A stretch of 64,000 bases of DNA, from positions 66,611 to 130,610 of the forward strand of contig JAWAFI010000001.1 in NCBI GenBank assembly GCA_038890615.1. Direction: 5' to 3'. This DNA is from Candidatus Anstonellales archaeon (GTDB lineage: Archaea; Micrarchaeota; Micrarchaeia; Anstonellales; J096). This document shows, one piece after another, positions 9,343 to 19,665 of this stretch (position 1 is its first letter; every line of letters starts with the position of its first letter). Position numbers and translations under genes: made by a program. Below the pieces are notes generated by a model. That model saw only the letters and a program-made list of their open reading frames with translations. It had not been told where the DNA came from and ran no database searches.

Positions 9343-10584
9343 TTACCCAACCTCCCAAGTGGCATCATAGCCCTTCTTCACCAGCTCCTCAGCAAGCAGG
9401 CGGGACTGCACACCGCTTTTGCATGTTATGATGTAGCGCCTTCCTTTTTTGAGCTTTAGCCTGCTTAAGTCAGCACTATCAAGGTTTATTACCTCCCCAG
9501 CTCTTTTCTCCTTGCTGCGAAGCTTGCACGGAGCCCACCTTGCTGAATAGCGCACTTTGTCAGCAAAATAGAGAGCCTCCTGCTCTGCCCTTACTGCGAC
9601 CCTGCCAGAGGAGACTATGCAGTGCTCAGGGACTCTTGAGCAGGCATCGTAGAGACCTGCCCTCCTTGCTATTGCTATTATTTCCTCCTTGTCATAGGCA
9701 AGCACAGGCCTGAATACTGGGAAGGTTGTAAGCATAATGAGGTTGCTCAATGTTTGTGTTGAAACCTGGCTCAGCGATTCTCCTGTTGCCATTGCCTTAA
9801 TCCCAAGCAATTCCATAAGCTCCCTTGCCTCCCTGTAGAAAACAAGCTTTAGGGCAATCTGCCTATATTTTTCAGGCACTTTTTGAATCTCTACCATAAG
9901 CTGGGAAGAATCAGCGCAAAGGAACTCCATTGGGTGGGCTACTGATGCTTCTGCTGCCTTCTTTGCCTTTTCCACATAATAGAGCAATGGCTCTCCGCCT
10001 GGGTTGAAAAAGGCAAGCACTGGCTCAACCCCTTTCTTTGCTAAGAGGTGGGCAGAAACAGTGCTGTCTATCCCTCCAGAGAATAAAAGCAATATCTTGC
10101 CTGCAGAGCCATAAGGCAGCCCACCAAGCCCTTCCTCGTAGCCTTTATGGATAAAAATTGCTTCGTCGCAAACCTCTACATAAAAAGTTATCTCCGGATT
10201 AGAAAGGTTAACTGTGTTCCCTTTGTCCTTCACGATCTGGCCCACCTTTACCTGGATTTCCTCTGAATTTAAGGGGAAATCCTTGGATGAGCGCGATGCC
10301 TTTATGCCAAAAGCCTTCCCTTTTAAATGAAGCGCTGAAAAATATGATAGGAGCGCCTTCTCTGATTTCTCAACTTTGGAAACCTCGGCATATTTCTTTA
10401 TCCCAGGAATCTTTGGTATGTTTTCAGGCTTTGAAGGGTTTGCCAAGACCATGTGGTCCCTTTTAACTGAAAGAGTGCCTCCGCATGCACTCTGTATGTG
10501 CGATTGGAGGTGTTTTATGAACCTAGGCCTGCTCCTCTCGCTTTTCAGGAAAAGCTCGCCGTATTTTAAGAGATATAATGCCAT
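9343..10584 (-). CDS. thiI: tRNA 4-thiouridine synthase (THUMP, PP-loop and C-terminal rhodanese-like domain)
   Basis: KYGELFLKS, GLGGLP.G, SGGIDS PP-loop, TGESLSQVSTQT, C-terminal TCKSGVQS. Confidence 0.9.
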   Translation of the reverse strand: MALYLLKYGELFLKSERSRPRFIKHLQSHIQSACGGTLSVKRDHMVLANPSKPENIPKIPGIKKYAEVSKVEKSEKALLSYFSALHLKGKAFGIKASRSSKDFPLNSEEIQVKVGQIVKDKGNTVNLSNPEITFYVEVCDEAIFIHKGYEEGLGGLPYGSAGKILLLFSGGIDSTVSAHLLAKKGVEPVLAFFNPGGEPLLYYVEKAKKAAEASVAHPMEFLCADSSQLMVEIQKVPEKYRQIALKLVFYREARELMELLGIKAMATGESLSQVSTQTLSNLIMLTTFPVFRPVLAYDKEEIIAIARRAGLYDACSRVPEHCIVSSGRVAVRAEQEALYFADKVRYSARWAPCKLRSKEKRAGEVINLDSADLSRLKLKKGRRYIITCKSGVQSRLLAEELVKKGYDATWEVG

Positions 10585-11936
10585 TTTGGGCCTTCTTGCG
10601 TGTCTTGAACTTCTATTCCTGCTTCTGAAAGGGCCTTGCGGATTGCATCGCTAACCTTGAAATCCCTGCTTGCCTTGTACTGCTCCCTTTGCTTAAGGAG
10701 AGAATCAACTAGTTTCTCAACCCCTCCTTCTTCAACTGAAATGCCCAATATGAAGAGCATCTCCGCAAAAGCTTTCTGGAGGGCAAAATGGGTCAAAGGA
10801 TGTATTCCCTGCTCAAGGAACGGAAGCGCCTTGCCCATAAGGTCAAAGAATGCTGCAAGCGCTGAAGGTGAATCCAAGTCGTTGCACATTGATGAGAGGA
10901 ATTTTTCCCACAAAGCTTCTACCGCTGCATGCAACTCTGCATTATATGCCCCGTGCTTTGGCTTCTTGAGCAATGAGAAAAACCTTGATATGCGCTTGTA
11001 AGCTTCATAAGCCTCATCAATGCCTCTATCGTTATAGTCAAATGAGCTCCTGTAATGGGAGCGCAGGTAGAAAAGCCTGAGCGCCATTGGGTGGTGCCTC
11101 TTAAGCGCATCCCTTACAGTAATGAAATTGCCTAAGCTCTTGCTCATCTTCTCCCCATTTACTGTTAACAAGCCGCAGTGCACCCATGTTCCAACAAAGC
11201 GCCTGCCTGTTGCTGCCTCGCTCTGAGCTATCTCATTCTCATGGTGAGGGAATATCAAGTCGGTTGCCCCTCCATGGATGTCAAGCGCGCCTGCATACTT
11301 CAACGCCATTGCAGAGCATTCTATATGCCAACCTGGCCTTCCCCTTCCAAAAGGGCTGTCAAAGCTTATCCCTTCTGTGTCTTTCTTCCATAGCGCAAAA
11401 TCGCTCTTATCATGCTTGTCATCCTCATGCTGCACCCTCTCCACTGATTCCTTAACACCCCCAACCTGGCCGCTCAGCTTCCCATAATCCTTGAACTTCG
11501 AGGTTGAGAAGTAAACGCCGCTTTTCACCTCATAAGCATAGCCCTTGTCAATGAGAATCTGGACAAGCTCTACTATTTCAGGTATGTGCTCGCTAACCTT
11601 GGGATATATATCAGCAGGCAGTATGTTGAAAAGGGAAAAAAGCTTATCTGCTTCTCTCTGATAGTAGGAGGCAATCTCAAGCACTGGCTTGTTGAGCTCC
11701 TTGCTCCTCTTTATTAGCTTATCGTCAACATCAGTTATGTTCTGGATATGGAAAACCTCAATTCCAAGCGAATACAAAAGCCGCTTGAGCATGTCAAAAA
11801 CAAGGTAAGTCCTAAGATGCCCTACATGGGTGTCTGCATAAGGGGTCAAGCCGCACACATACATGCTTACCTTATCTTTTGAAAGCGGCTTTGCCTTCCT
11901 GTCAAAAGTGTCGTAAAGAGCCAAGGTATAAGCCAT
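10566..11936 (-). CDS. cysS: Cysteine--tRNA ligase
   Basis: YVCGLTPY, HVGH, GRPGWHIEC, FPHHENE, KMSKS. Confidence 0.97.
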   Translation of the reverse strand: MAYTLALYDTFDRKAKPLSKDKVSMYVCGLTPYADTHVGHLRTYLVFDMLKRLLYSLGIEVFHIQNITDVDDKLIKRSKELNKPVLEIASYYQREADKLFSLFNILPADIYPKVSEHIPEIVELVQILIDKGYAYEVKSGVYFSTSKFKDYGKLSGQVGGVKESVERVQHEDDKHDKSDFALWKKDTEGISFDSPFGRGRPGWHIECSAMALKYAGALDIHGGATDLIFPHHENEIAQSEAATGRRFVGTWVHCGLLTVNGEKMSKSLGNFITVRDALKRHHPMALRLFYLRSHYRSSFDYNDRGIDEAYEAYKRISRFFSLLKKPKHGAYNAELHAAVEALWEKFLSSMCNDLDSPSALAAFFDLMGKALPFLEQGIHPLTHFALQKAFAEMLFILGISVEEGGVEKLVDSLLKQREQYKASRDFKVSDAIRKALSEAGIEVQDTQEGPKWHYIS

Positions 11937-11992
11937 AAGAGCACCTTCTTATAGATGGAAATGGCTTTTTAAAAGGTTGTGGATTATGCTAC

Positions 11993-12814
11993 ATGAAAGC
12001 CATAATACCAGCAGCAGGGTTCGGCACAAGGATGCTTCCGCTTACAAAGGCGCAGCCGAAAGAGATGCTCCCTGTATTCAACAGGCCAGCAATGGAGTAT
12101 GTGGTTGAAGAAGCAATAAATGCCGGGTACAGGGAAATTGTAATAGTAACTGGAAGGACAAAGAGGGCAATAGAGGACCACTTTGACAGGATGCCTGAGC
12201 TTGAAGCATTCCTTGAAAGCAAAGGCAAAAAGGAAGAGGCAAATATGATAAGGAAGATAGGTGAAAAAGCAGACATCTACTTTGTAAGGCAGAAAGAGCA
12301 GCTTGGGCTAGGCCATGCCATCCTTACTGCAAAGGCATTCGTAAACAATGAGGACTTTGCTGTGCTTTTGGGGGATGACTTATTCATCCCAGAGGCGCTT
12401 AAGCATATGGGAAAGGACTCCATATGCGTTCAAAAGATAGAAGGAAAGGAGATAGAAAAAAAAGGGGTGGTGGAGCTAGATGGAAGGAGAATAACAAGGC
12501 TTGTTGAAAAACCTAAATACAAGGAAGCACCATCGCAGTACGCTATTGCTGGTAGGTATAAGTTGCCATTTGAGGTTTTCAGGTATTTGGAAAAAACAGA
12601 GCCAGGGGCAGGAGGGGAGATACAGCTAACCGATGCATTGAATGCACTTGCAAAGGAGCATAACCTTTATGCATACATACATAAAGGCAAGGTTTTTGAT
12701 ATCGGAAACATGGAAAGATGGTTTGCTGCCAATCTCTATTTTAGTTATAAAAAAGCAAAGTGGGCAAGGGAGCTTATAAAGAGAGTGGGAAAGTATAGAG
12801 GGAAAGGCTTTTAA
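11993..12814 (+). CDS. galU: UTP--glucose-1-phosphate uridylyltransferase
   Basis: PAAGFGTRMLPLTKAQPKEMLP, GLGHA, LGDD, VEKP, GEIQLTDA. Confidence 0.92.
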   Translation: MKAIIPAAGFGTRMLPLTKAQPKEMLPVFNRPAMEYVVEEAINAGYREIVIVTGRTKRAIEDHFDRMPELEAFLESKGKKEEANMIRKIGEKADIYFVRQKEQLGLGHAILTAKAFVNNEDFAVLLGDDLFIPEALKHMGKDSICVQKIEGKEIEKKGVVELDGRRITRLVEKPKYKEAPSQYAIAGRYKLPFEVFRYLEKTEPGAGGEIQLTDALNALAKEHNLYAYIHKGKVFDIGNMERWFAANLYFSYKKAKWARELIKRVGKYRGKGF

Positions 12815-12845
12815 ACCTCATTTCCCTTAGGAAAGCGGTGTTTGC

Positions 12846-13253
12846 ATGGCAACAAAGGAAAGTAAGGAAGAAACTAATGAGTTTTTGGTACCGCAGGAGG
12901 ACAGGGTTATTGCTGCAGTTGGCTATCTTTGGTGGCTCATAGGGCTAATCATATTCTTAATAACCGACAAGTCAAAAAGGGCAGTTAGGTTCCACGCGCT
13001 CCAGTCACTTGTGACAGGGTTGCTGGCCTTTGTGGTCATCTTTGCGCTTATAATAATAAGCATGGTCGTAGGCTTAATAATGGGCATAGTGATACCAGTA
13101 GTAGGTGGCCTGATAGGCCTTCTCCTTTATCTTGTCACCTTATTCCTGGCATTCTGCGTGCTCATATACATCCTCTTCCTTGCATTCAAGGTTTTCACAG
13201 AGGGTGACATTAGGGTGCCTAAGATAAGCGAGTTCATTGTAAAATACCTATAA
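12846..13253 (+). CDS. Small membrane protein (DUF4870/Tic20-like)
   Basis: Three hydrophobic segments, VRFHALQS motif and C-terminal RVP.I. Confidence 0.7.
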   Translation: MATKESKEETNEFLVPQEDRVIAAVGYLWWLIGLIIFLITDKSKRAVRFHALQSLVTGLLAFVVIFALIIISMVVGLIMGIVIPVVGGLIGLLLYLVTLFLAFCVLIYILFLAFKVFTEGDIRVPKISEFIVKYL

Positions 13254-13285
13254 TTTTTAAATTCCCCTAACCTCTTCTTTTTACA

Positions 13286-13356
13286 GCGGCCGTAGTCTAG
13301 CGGTAGGATCTTGGCCTTCCAAGCCAACGACCCGGGTTCGAATCCCGGCGGCCGCA
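13286..13356 (+). tRNA. tRNA-Gly(TCC)
   Basis: Acceptor stem GCGGCCG/CGGCCGC with discriminator A, anticodon arm TTGGC-CTTCCAA-GCCAA, T-arm GGTTCGAATCCC. No intron and no encoded CCA. Confidence 0.96.
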
Positions 13357-13414
13357 AATAGGATATTAAAGTAAAGGATTGAAGCATTGATAATGATATA
13401 AAGAATGTATATGT

Positions 13415-14151
13415 TTGTTATGGTTGTTAAAGAAAGATGAAAAATGGTTCAAAAAATTTTTCAAGGTTATTGGGAAAGGAAAAAATAAAGAGGAGGTTGT
13501 TGAAAAAGTAGAAATAGAACAAATGGAAGAGGGGAGAAGGAGGTATTTAGGAGGGTTTTGGAGAGTGTTAGGAGTAGGAAAGAAGATGAAGAGGCTTTTG
13601 AGGAGCTTAGGATGATTAACAGGGAAAGGAAAGGGGAAGATAAGAGGAGGGCTGAAAGGCTTGGGGAGAAATTGATTGATGAATGCAGAAATGGAAAGGA
13701 GGAGATTTCTTTAGAAAGGGTTGTAAAGCTGGTTTTAGAAGGGGCTGATGTGGATGTGCAGGATAATGATGGAGAGACTGCGCTGATGTGGGCTGCTTGG
13801 ATGGGGAATAAGGGGGTTGTTGAGATGCTGATAGAGGCAGGGGCTAAGGTGGATTTGCAGGATAATAATGGAGAGACTGCGCTGATGTGGGCTGCTAAGC
13901 TTAACCAAAAAGGATTTCTTGAGCTGCTGATTGACAATGGCGCAAATCCTTTTTTGAAAAATAATAAAGGAAAAACAGCAATGGGCTTGGCTGAAAATGA
14001 AGAAACTAAGAGTTTTTTGAAAGGCTTGGTTGATAAGATGGATAAAAGGGTTAAGAAGAGGATGAAAAGGGAGGCTCAACTGAGGTTTTCGCTTAAGGAA
14101 TGCAATAAGAAGAAAGCAAAGATATTTATTGAGAAAATGCTGGGCAGTTAG
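13415..14151 (+). pseudogene. Ankyrin-repeat gene with a frameshifted 5' end (ORFs 13415-13615 and 13558-14151)
   Basis: GADVDVQDNDGETALMWAA repeats. The family leader EKEVFRRVL lies in the downstream frame after an in-frame TGA at 13501; one extra G in the G4 run at 13531-13534 would join it to the upstream Lys/Glu-rich frame. Confidence 0.7.
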
Positions 14152-14324
14152 GGTTAAAAAGTGCTTGGAGGAAAGTTAAATTATGGAGGTTAAGGATAAA
14201 GAGAAGAAAAAGTTTGATAGCAAAGGAGGGAAAAAAGAGGCTGGTGGGGAAGGGATGAAAGAGGAGAGGAGGCTAAGCGATAAGGAGGTATTTAGGAGGG
14301 TTTTGGAGAGTGTTAGGAGTAGGA
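13537..14324 (+). repeat. Identical 43-bp direct repeat (13537-13579 and 14282-14324) in the leaders of the two adjacent ankyrin genes
   Basis: aaggaggtatttaggagggttttggagagtgttaggagtagga read at both positions. Confidence 0.95.
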
Positions 14325-15871
14325 GGGAGGACAATGAGGCTTTTGATGGGCTTAAGAGGATTAATAAGGATAGGAGGGAAGAGATTGGAGAGGAAAGGAG
14401 CAATATGATTGGAAAAGAGCTGATAGAAGAGTGTAAAAAAGATGAAGTAGTTTCAGTTGAAAGGGTTGTAAAGCTTATTTTGGAAGGTGCGAATTTGGAT
14501 TTGCAGGATGACAAAGGATGGACAGCATTCAGACATGCTGGTTGGAATGGTCATAAAAATATTGTAAAAGTACTTTTACCTTTGTTGGATAAAATTGATA
14601 TGGAGGATCTTTTGTGGTTCGCTAGAACAAAAAACTTTGAGATCGTTGAGATGTTTATTAAGGCAGGGGCAGATGTTAATTTTGCCAGCTATGGAGAAAC
14701 TGCTTTATATTGGGCTGCCTATGAAGGCCACCCAGAGACTATAAAAGTGCTTTTGAGAGCAGGAGCCAAAGTTAATGTAGGAAGTGAAAAAAATGGATTT
14801 ACTCCTTTAATGAATGCTGCCTTCATGAAGAATGTTGAGGCTGTAGAGATTCTTATAGAGGCTGGGGCTGATCCTTTTATTGTAGATGAGTATGGAAGGA
14901 CAGCTTATTATATAGTTAAAAAAGAGAAGGAAAGAAGGGACCCTCTAGGAGGAAAGTATGAGGAGGAGAAAAATTATAAGTGTAAGAAGATAATGGAGAT
15001 GTTGGCAGTTTATGAAGAAAAAAAACTAAAAGAAATAATGGAAAGGTACCAAGAAGGAAATGACCTAGGAATTGAGATGGAGAAGATATTTGTCTATGCG
15101 GCTGGGGCTGGAAAGAAAGAAATCGTTGATGAACTTATTAAACGCGGAATAAATATTAACTCTACTTATAATAGCGTCAGCGCTTTAGTAAGGGCAGCTT
15201 TGAATAATGACGAAGAGATGGTAAAATTTCTTGTAGAAAAAGGCATTGATTTAAATCTAAAAACAAAAGGGGGGCTGCCTGCTTTCTTGTGTTCTGAAAA
15301 GGCCGAAATTGTAACCTATCTTATAAAAGCAGGTTCTAACAAAGATATTCTTGTCTACTCAGAAGAATTAGAAAATTATGTATCACCTCTCTTATGGGCT
15401 GTAAGTTGGGGCAAAAAAGAGATAGTAAAAGGACTTATTAGGGCAAATGTTGATTTAGATCCATTAGCTTTGATAGAAGTTTCTGCTTATGGACTGTATG
15501 AGATAAGCAAAGAACTTATTAAAGCAGGTGCTGATGTAGATGTGCAATCCCCCATAACTTTATCTACACCTATGATAATGGCAGCTGGCAATAGTCATTA
15601 TGACATATTGGAATTACTGATGGAAGCAGAGGCTGATCCTTTTATTGTAGATAAGTATGGAATGACAGCTTATGATGCCCTTAAATATGCCCCTACCAGC
15701 GTAAAGGACAAAATGAAAGAGTATGAAAATAAATACTTTCTTAAGATAAATGAGATAATTGAAAGAAAGGATAGAAATATTGATGAAAAAATGCTTATAA
15801 AAGCAACGAGTTATTTACTTAGGAGATGTGATAAAAGAGTAACAAACCTTATAAACCATTTAATAACTTAG
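14183..15871 (+). CDS. Ankyrin-repeat protein with conserved N-terminal leader
   Basis: Multiple ANK repeats (GETALYWAA, GFTPLMNAA, SPLLWAV, AGADVD) in two blocks, each ending ADPFIVDxYGxTAY. Confidence 0.9.
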   Translation: MEVKDKEKKKFDSKGGKKEAGGEGMKEERRLSDKEVFRRVLESVRSRREDNEAFDGLKRINKDRREEIGEERSNMIGKELIEECKKDEVVSVERVVKLILEGANLDLQDDKGWTAFRHAGWNGHKNIVKVLLPLLDKIDMEDLLWFARTKNFEIVEMFIKAGADVNFASYGETALYWAAYEGHPETIKVLLRAGAKVNVGSEKNGFTPLMNAAFMKNVEAVEILIEAGADPFIVDEYGRTAYYIVKKEKERRDPLGGKYEEEKNYKCKKIMEMLAVYEEKKLKEIMERYQEGNDLGIEMEKIFVYAAGAGKKEIVDELIKRGININSTYNSVSALVRAALNNDEEMVKFLVEKGIDLNLKTKGGLPAFLCSEKAEIVTYLIKAGSNKDILVYSEELENYVSPLLWAVSWGKKEIVKGLIRANVDLDPLALIEVSAYGLYEISKELIKAGADVDVQSPITLSTPMIMAAGNSHYDILELLMEAEADPFIVDKYGMTAYDALKYAPTSVKDKMKEYENKYFLKINEIIERKDRNIDEKMLIKATSYLLRRCDKRVTNLINHLIT

Positions 15872-15907
15872 GCAAAGCGTTAAAAATAAATAAAGAAAAG
15901 GAAAGGT

Positions 15908-16741
15908 ATGCGTTTTGGCCCTGCAGGAATACCTATAGAGTGCAAAGAAAAAAATACAAAGGCAGGCATAATGTTTACTGCTTCCCTTTGCCTAAATGCC
16001 ATGGAGATGGAGTTTGTAAGGGGAGTTTCCCTGACTGAGAAAGCAGCATTGGAGGCAAAAAAGGCAGCCTTGGAAAGGGATGTCCTGCTCAGCAGCCACG
16101 CACCCTATTATATAAATCTCTGCACAAAAGACAGCAAAAAGCTTGAAAGAAGCAAGAGGAACATTCTAATCAGCGCAAAGAGGACAGCGCAGGCAGGTGG
16201 GAAAATAACGGTTTTCCATCCGGGCTATTACCAAGGGCTTGAAAAGGAGGAGGCATTCCAGAAGGCCAAAAAGGCTTTGGTTGAAATAAAGGAGAGTATG
16301 GACAAAGAAGGTGTAGAATGCATGCTCGGCGCAGAAACAGTAGGCAAAAGGAGCCAATTTGGCTCGCTTGAAGAGAACATTAGGCTTGGGCAGGAGGTTG
16401 AGGGGGTGGTGCCTGTAGTTGATTTTGCGCATATACAAGCAAGGGGAGATATGCAGCTGATTAAAAAAGAGCAATTCCATGCCCTTTTTGAAAGGTTGGA
16501 GAAGGTTGGGTTTGCTAAGAACTTCCATTCCCATTTCTCTGAGATAGAATATAGTGAAAAAGGAGAGAGGAATCACCTTGTGCTTGGAACAAACTATGTG
16601 CCTGATTATAGGGAATTGGCAAAGGAACTTGCAGAAGGAGGGTGGAAAGGGACTGTTATATGCGAGAGCCCTTTGCTAGAGCAGGATGCTCTAAAGCTTA
16701 AAAGCAAGTACGAAAGCGAAATAAAAGGAGGGAGAAAATGA
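15908..16741 (+). CDS. nfo: Endonuclease IV (AP endonuclease 2 family, TIM barrel)
   Basis: HAPYYINL, FHPG, ETVGK...FGSLEE, DFAH, H.HFS, GERNH, ICESP.LE.DA. Confidence 0.88.
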   Translation: MRFGPAGIPIECKEKNTKAGIMFTASLCLNAMEMEFVRGVSLTEKAALEAKKAALERDVLLSSHAPYYINLCTKDSKKLERSKRNILISAKRTAQAGGKITVFHPGYYQGLEKEEAFQKAKKALVEIKESMDKEGVECMLGAETVGKRSQFGSLEENIRLGQEVEGVVPVVDFAHIQARGDMQLIKKEQFHALFERLEKVGFAKNFHSHFSEIEYSEKGERNHLVLGTNYVPDYRELAKELAEGGWKGTVICESPLLEQDALKLKSKYESEIKGGRK

Positions 16742-17280
16742 TTATACTGCTGGGAGGAAAAAGGGGAGCTGGCAAAAGCGCCTTTGCAGAAATAGCTAAA
16801 AAGCAGGGCTACAAGGTTAGGGAGATGTCTGCCATAGTCAAGGGCATAATGGAGAGGGAGGGGATAGAGGTAAACAACAGGAACTTAAGGCTTTTTGCAA
16901 GGGGGCTTAGGGAGAAATTTGGGAAGGGAATTGTAGGGCAGCTTATGGCAGAGCAGATGGAAGGAGGCAAAGAGGTAATAGTAGGGATAAGGGCAGTTGA
17001 GGAGATTGAGGAAATAAAGAAAAGGTTCTCTGATGTAGTGGTGGTCTTTATAGATGCGCCCGCTAACATTAGGTTTGAGAGGATGGGGAGCGCTGGAAAA
17101 AAGGAAAACCCTGTTACTTGGGATGAGTTCCTTTGGGCAGACAGCGTTGACAACGAGCTTGGCCAGGAAGGGGTCATGGAAGCAGCAGACATAGTTATAA
17201 ATAACAGCAAAAGCAAAAAGGAATTTGAAGAAGAGGCAAAAAGGGTGTTGAGGTGGATTTCAAGACCACAGAAGAAATAG
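16738..17280 (+). CDS. P-loop NMP-kinase-like protein (UPF0200/dephospho-CoA kinase-like)
   Basis: GKRGAGKS Walker A, GIR..EE, IDAP..IRFER, ADIVINN. Confidence 0.75.
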   Translation: MIILLGGKRGAGKSAFAEIAKKQGYKVREMSAIVKGIMEREGIEVNNRNLRLFARGLREKFGKGIVGQLMAEQMEGGKEVIVGIRAVEEIEEIKKRFSDVVVVFIDAPANIRFERMGSAGKKENPVTWDEFLWADSVDNELGQEGVMEAADIVINNSKSKKEFEEEAKRVLRWISRPQKK

Positions 17281-19208
17281 AAGTTCCTGAAAGGCTCATA
17301 GACCAAGTAATAGGCCAGGATAAAGCAGTGGAGATTATAAAGAAGGCAGCAAAGCAGAAGAGGAATGTGCTGCTGATAGGACCTCCTGGCACAGGGAAAA
17401 GCATGCTTGCTCAGGCAATGTCAGGGCTAATGCCTGCTGAGAATCTAGAAGATGTACTATGCTATCCTAATCCAATAGAGGAGAACAAGCCTATCATAAA
17501 GGCAGTGCCAACTTATCCTACCTTTGACTACTTAAAGAGCAGGAACCTGCTAGGGCTATACAGCAAAAGAGAGCAGGAGATCCTAAAAAGCAGCAACAGG
17601 GAGGGGTTGGCAAAGGCAATAGGGGACGGGCTTGGAAGGAGGATAGTGAGAAGCGCATCCAAGAAAGAAGAGGAGCAGCCAGTAGGCATAAGCAGCTGGT
17701 TCTTGTTGTTTGTGCTAGGTGTTGTTCTTTTGGCCCTAGCGCTGCCAGTGGAAGAGAATACAAAAGGGCTTATCATAGGAGGGGTTTTTGTTGTTGGCTT
17801 CCTCTACTTAATGCAGATACTTGTAAATAACTTCTTGATAAGGGCAAAGATAATGCAGCCTGGTCCAAAGCTGATTGTTGACAACACAGGGGTTGAAAGG
17901 GCGCCCTTTGTTGATGCTACAGGGGCAAAGGCAGGGGCTTTGCTAGGAGACGTAAAGCACGATCCATTGCAGAGCGGAGGGCTTGGCACGCCTGCCCATT
18001 TAAGGGTGGAGGCAGGTGCTATACACAAGGCAAGCAAAGGGGTGCTTTTCATTGATGAGATTGCTTCCTTAAAGATGCAGTGGCAGCAGGAGATACTTAC
18101 TGCAATGCAGGAGAAAAAATATTCCATAACAGGGCAGAGCGACCTTTCTTCAGGAGCGCTTGTTCAGACAAGCCAATGCCCTGCTGATTTCGTATTGGTA
18201 GCAGCAGGCAATTTGGATGACTTAAAGGGAATACACCCTGCGCTCAGGTCAAGGATAACTGGAAGCGGCTATGAAGTTTATGTTGAAGAGGATATGGATG
18301 ACAATGAGGAAAATAGGGAGAAGCTGGCTAGGTTTGTGGCTCAGGAAGTTGCTAAGGACAAGAAGATAGGGCATTTCACAAAGGAGGCAGTAGAAGAAAT
18401 TATCCTTCACGCAAGGAAGATGGCAGGCAGAAGGAACAAGCTTACCCTTAACCTAAGGGCGCTAGGCGGGTTGGTAAGAGCTGCTGGGGATTTAGCAAGG
18501 GAAAGAGGAAAAAAGTATGTTGAAGCTGTAGATGTAAGGGATGCCAAGAAAGTTGCAAATACTATAGAGGAGCAATATGTGGACAAAATAGCAGAATACA
18601 GGAAGGAGTATAGTATAATACGCAACAAAGGGTATTCAATAGGGAGGGTGAATGGGCTCGCTGTGATAGGAAAGCAGGCAGGTATAGTCCTGCCCATAGA
18701 AGCAGAGGTTACTCCTCCCTCCTCGGTAAGCGAGGGCAAGGTAATTGCCACAGGCAGGTTAGGGGAGATAGCAAACGAGGCAGTAAAGAATGTCTCTGCG
18801 CTTATGAAAAAGTATGTAGGAAGGGACATATCGGGGAAGGATGTTCATATACAGTTTATACAGACATATGAAGGGGTTGAGGGGGACAGCGCATCTATAT
18901 CAATAGCAGTTGCAGTAATCTCTGCCTTGGAGGAAATAGGGGTAGACCAAAGCTACGCAATGACTGGTTCTCTCAGCATAAGGGGGGAGGTGCTACCCAT
19001 AGGCGGCATAAACCAGAAGATTGAAGCTGCAAAGGAGGCAGGGATAAAGGCAGTTATTGTGCCAAAGAGCAATTCCAAGGATGTGCTTGTAAAAGAAGGC
19101 ATAAAAGTAGTGGAGGCAGAGACCATAGTTGATGTGCTAAAGCATGTGCTTAAGGAAGGGAAGAAAAAAGAGGAACTTATTAAAAAGATGAGCAAAATAA
19201 TAAGGTGA
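17253..19208 (+). CDS. lonB: Archaeal membrane-anchored ATP-dependent protease Lon-B
   Basis: [16 protein letters not shown], two TM segments inside the AAA domain, VEGDSAS catalytic Ser, KIEAA catalytic Lys. Confidence 0.96.
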   Translation: MDFKTTEEIEVPERLIDQVIGQDKAVEIIKKAAKQKRNVLLIGPPGTGKSMLAQAMSGLMPAENLEDVLCYPNPIEENKPIIKAVPTYPTFDYLKSRNLLGLYSKREQEILKSSNREGLAKAIGDGLGRRIVRSASKKEEEQPVGISSWFLLFVLGVVLLALALPVEENTKGLIIGGVFVVGFLYLMQILVNNFLIRAKIMQPGPKLIVDNTGVERAPFVDATGAKAGALLGDVKHDPLQSGGLGTPAHLRVEAGAIHKASKGVLFIDEIASLKMQWQQEILTAMQEKKYSITGQSDLSSGALVQTSQCPADFVLVAAGNLDDLKGIHPALRSRITGSGYEVYVEEDMDDNEENREKLARFVAQEVAKDKKIGHFTKEAVEEIILHARKMAGRRNKLTLNLRALGGLVRAAGDLARERGKKYVEAVDVRDAKKVANTIEEQYVDKIAEYRKEYSIIRNKGYSIGRVNGLAVIGKQAGIVLPIEAEVTPPSSVSEGKVIATGRLGEIANEAVKNVSALMKKYVGRDISGKDVHIQFIQTYEGVEGDSASISIAVAVISALEEIGVDQSYAMTGSLSIRGEVLPIGGINQKIEAAKEAGIKAVIVPKSNSKDVLVKEGIKVVEAETIVDVLKHVLKEGKKKEELIKKMSKIIR

Positions 19209-19212
19209 GAAA

Positions 19213-19665
19213 ATGAAAGAAGTAAAGGTCATAGTTGAAGGAGGAAAGGCGACTCCGCAGCCGCCACTTGGGCCTGCGCTTGCTGCGCTCAAGATGAATG
19301 TAGGGGAAGTTGTTGGGGCGATAAATGAGGCAACAAAAGGATTCTCTGGCACCAAAGTGCCTGTTACTGTAAGGGTTGACGAGAAGACAAAGAAGTACGA
19401 GATCGAGGTTGGAAGGCCGTCCATCGGCGAGATGATAAGGAAGGAAGCAGGGCTCGAAAAAGGAGGGGGAACTAAGGACTTTGTAGGCGACATAAAACTA
19501 GCAAAGGTGGTTGATATTGCTAGGAAGAAAGGCGGCAAACTGAAAAAGAGCACATTAGAGGTGCTCGGAACATGCCTAAGCATGAGGGTCAAGTGCGAAG
19601 GAAAGGACCCAAAAGAAGTAATAAAAGAGATAAAGGATGGGCAGTATGAAAGCCTTTTTGCTTAA
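19213..19665 (+). CDS. rpl11: 50S ribosomal protein uL11
   Basis: GGKATPQPPLGPAL, KVPVTV, EVLGTCLSM. Confidence 0.93.
   Translation: MKEVKVIVEGGKATPQPPLGPALAALKMNVGEVVGAINEATKGFSGTKVPVTVRVDEKTKKYEIEVGRPSIGEMIRKEAGLEKGGGTKDFVGDIKLAKVVDIARKKGGKLKKSTLEVLGTCLSMRVKCEGKDPKEVIKEIKDGQYESLFA

Noticed and set aside
13127..13387. 86-aa minus-strand ORF
   Set aside because: It is antisense to tRNA-Gly; RPPGFEPGSLAWKA is the typical tRNA shadow translation.
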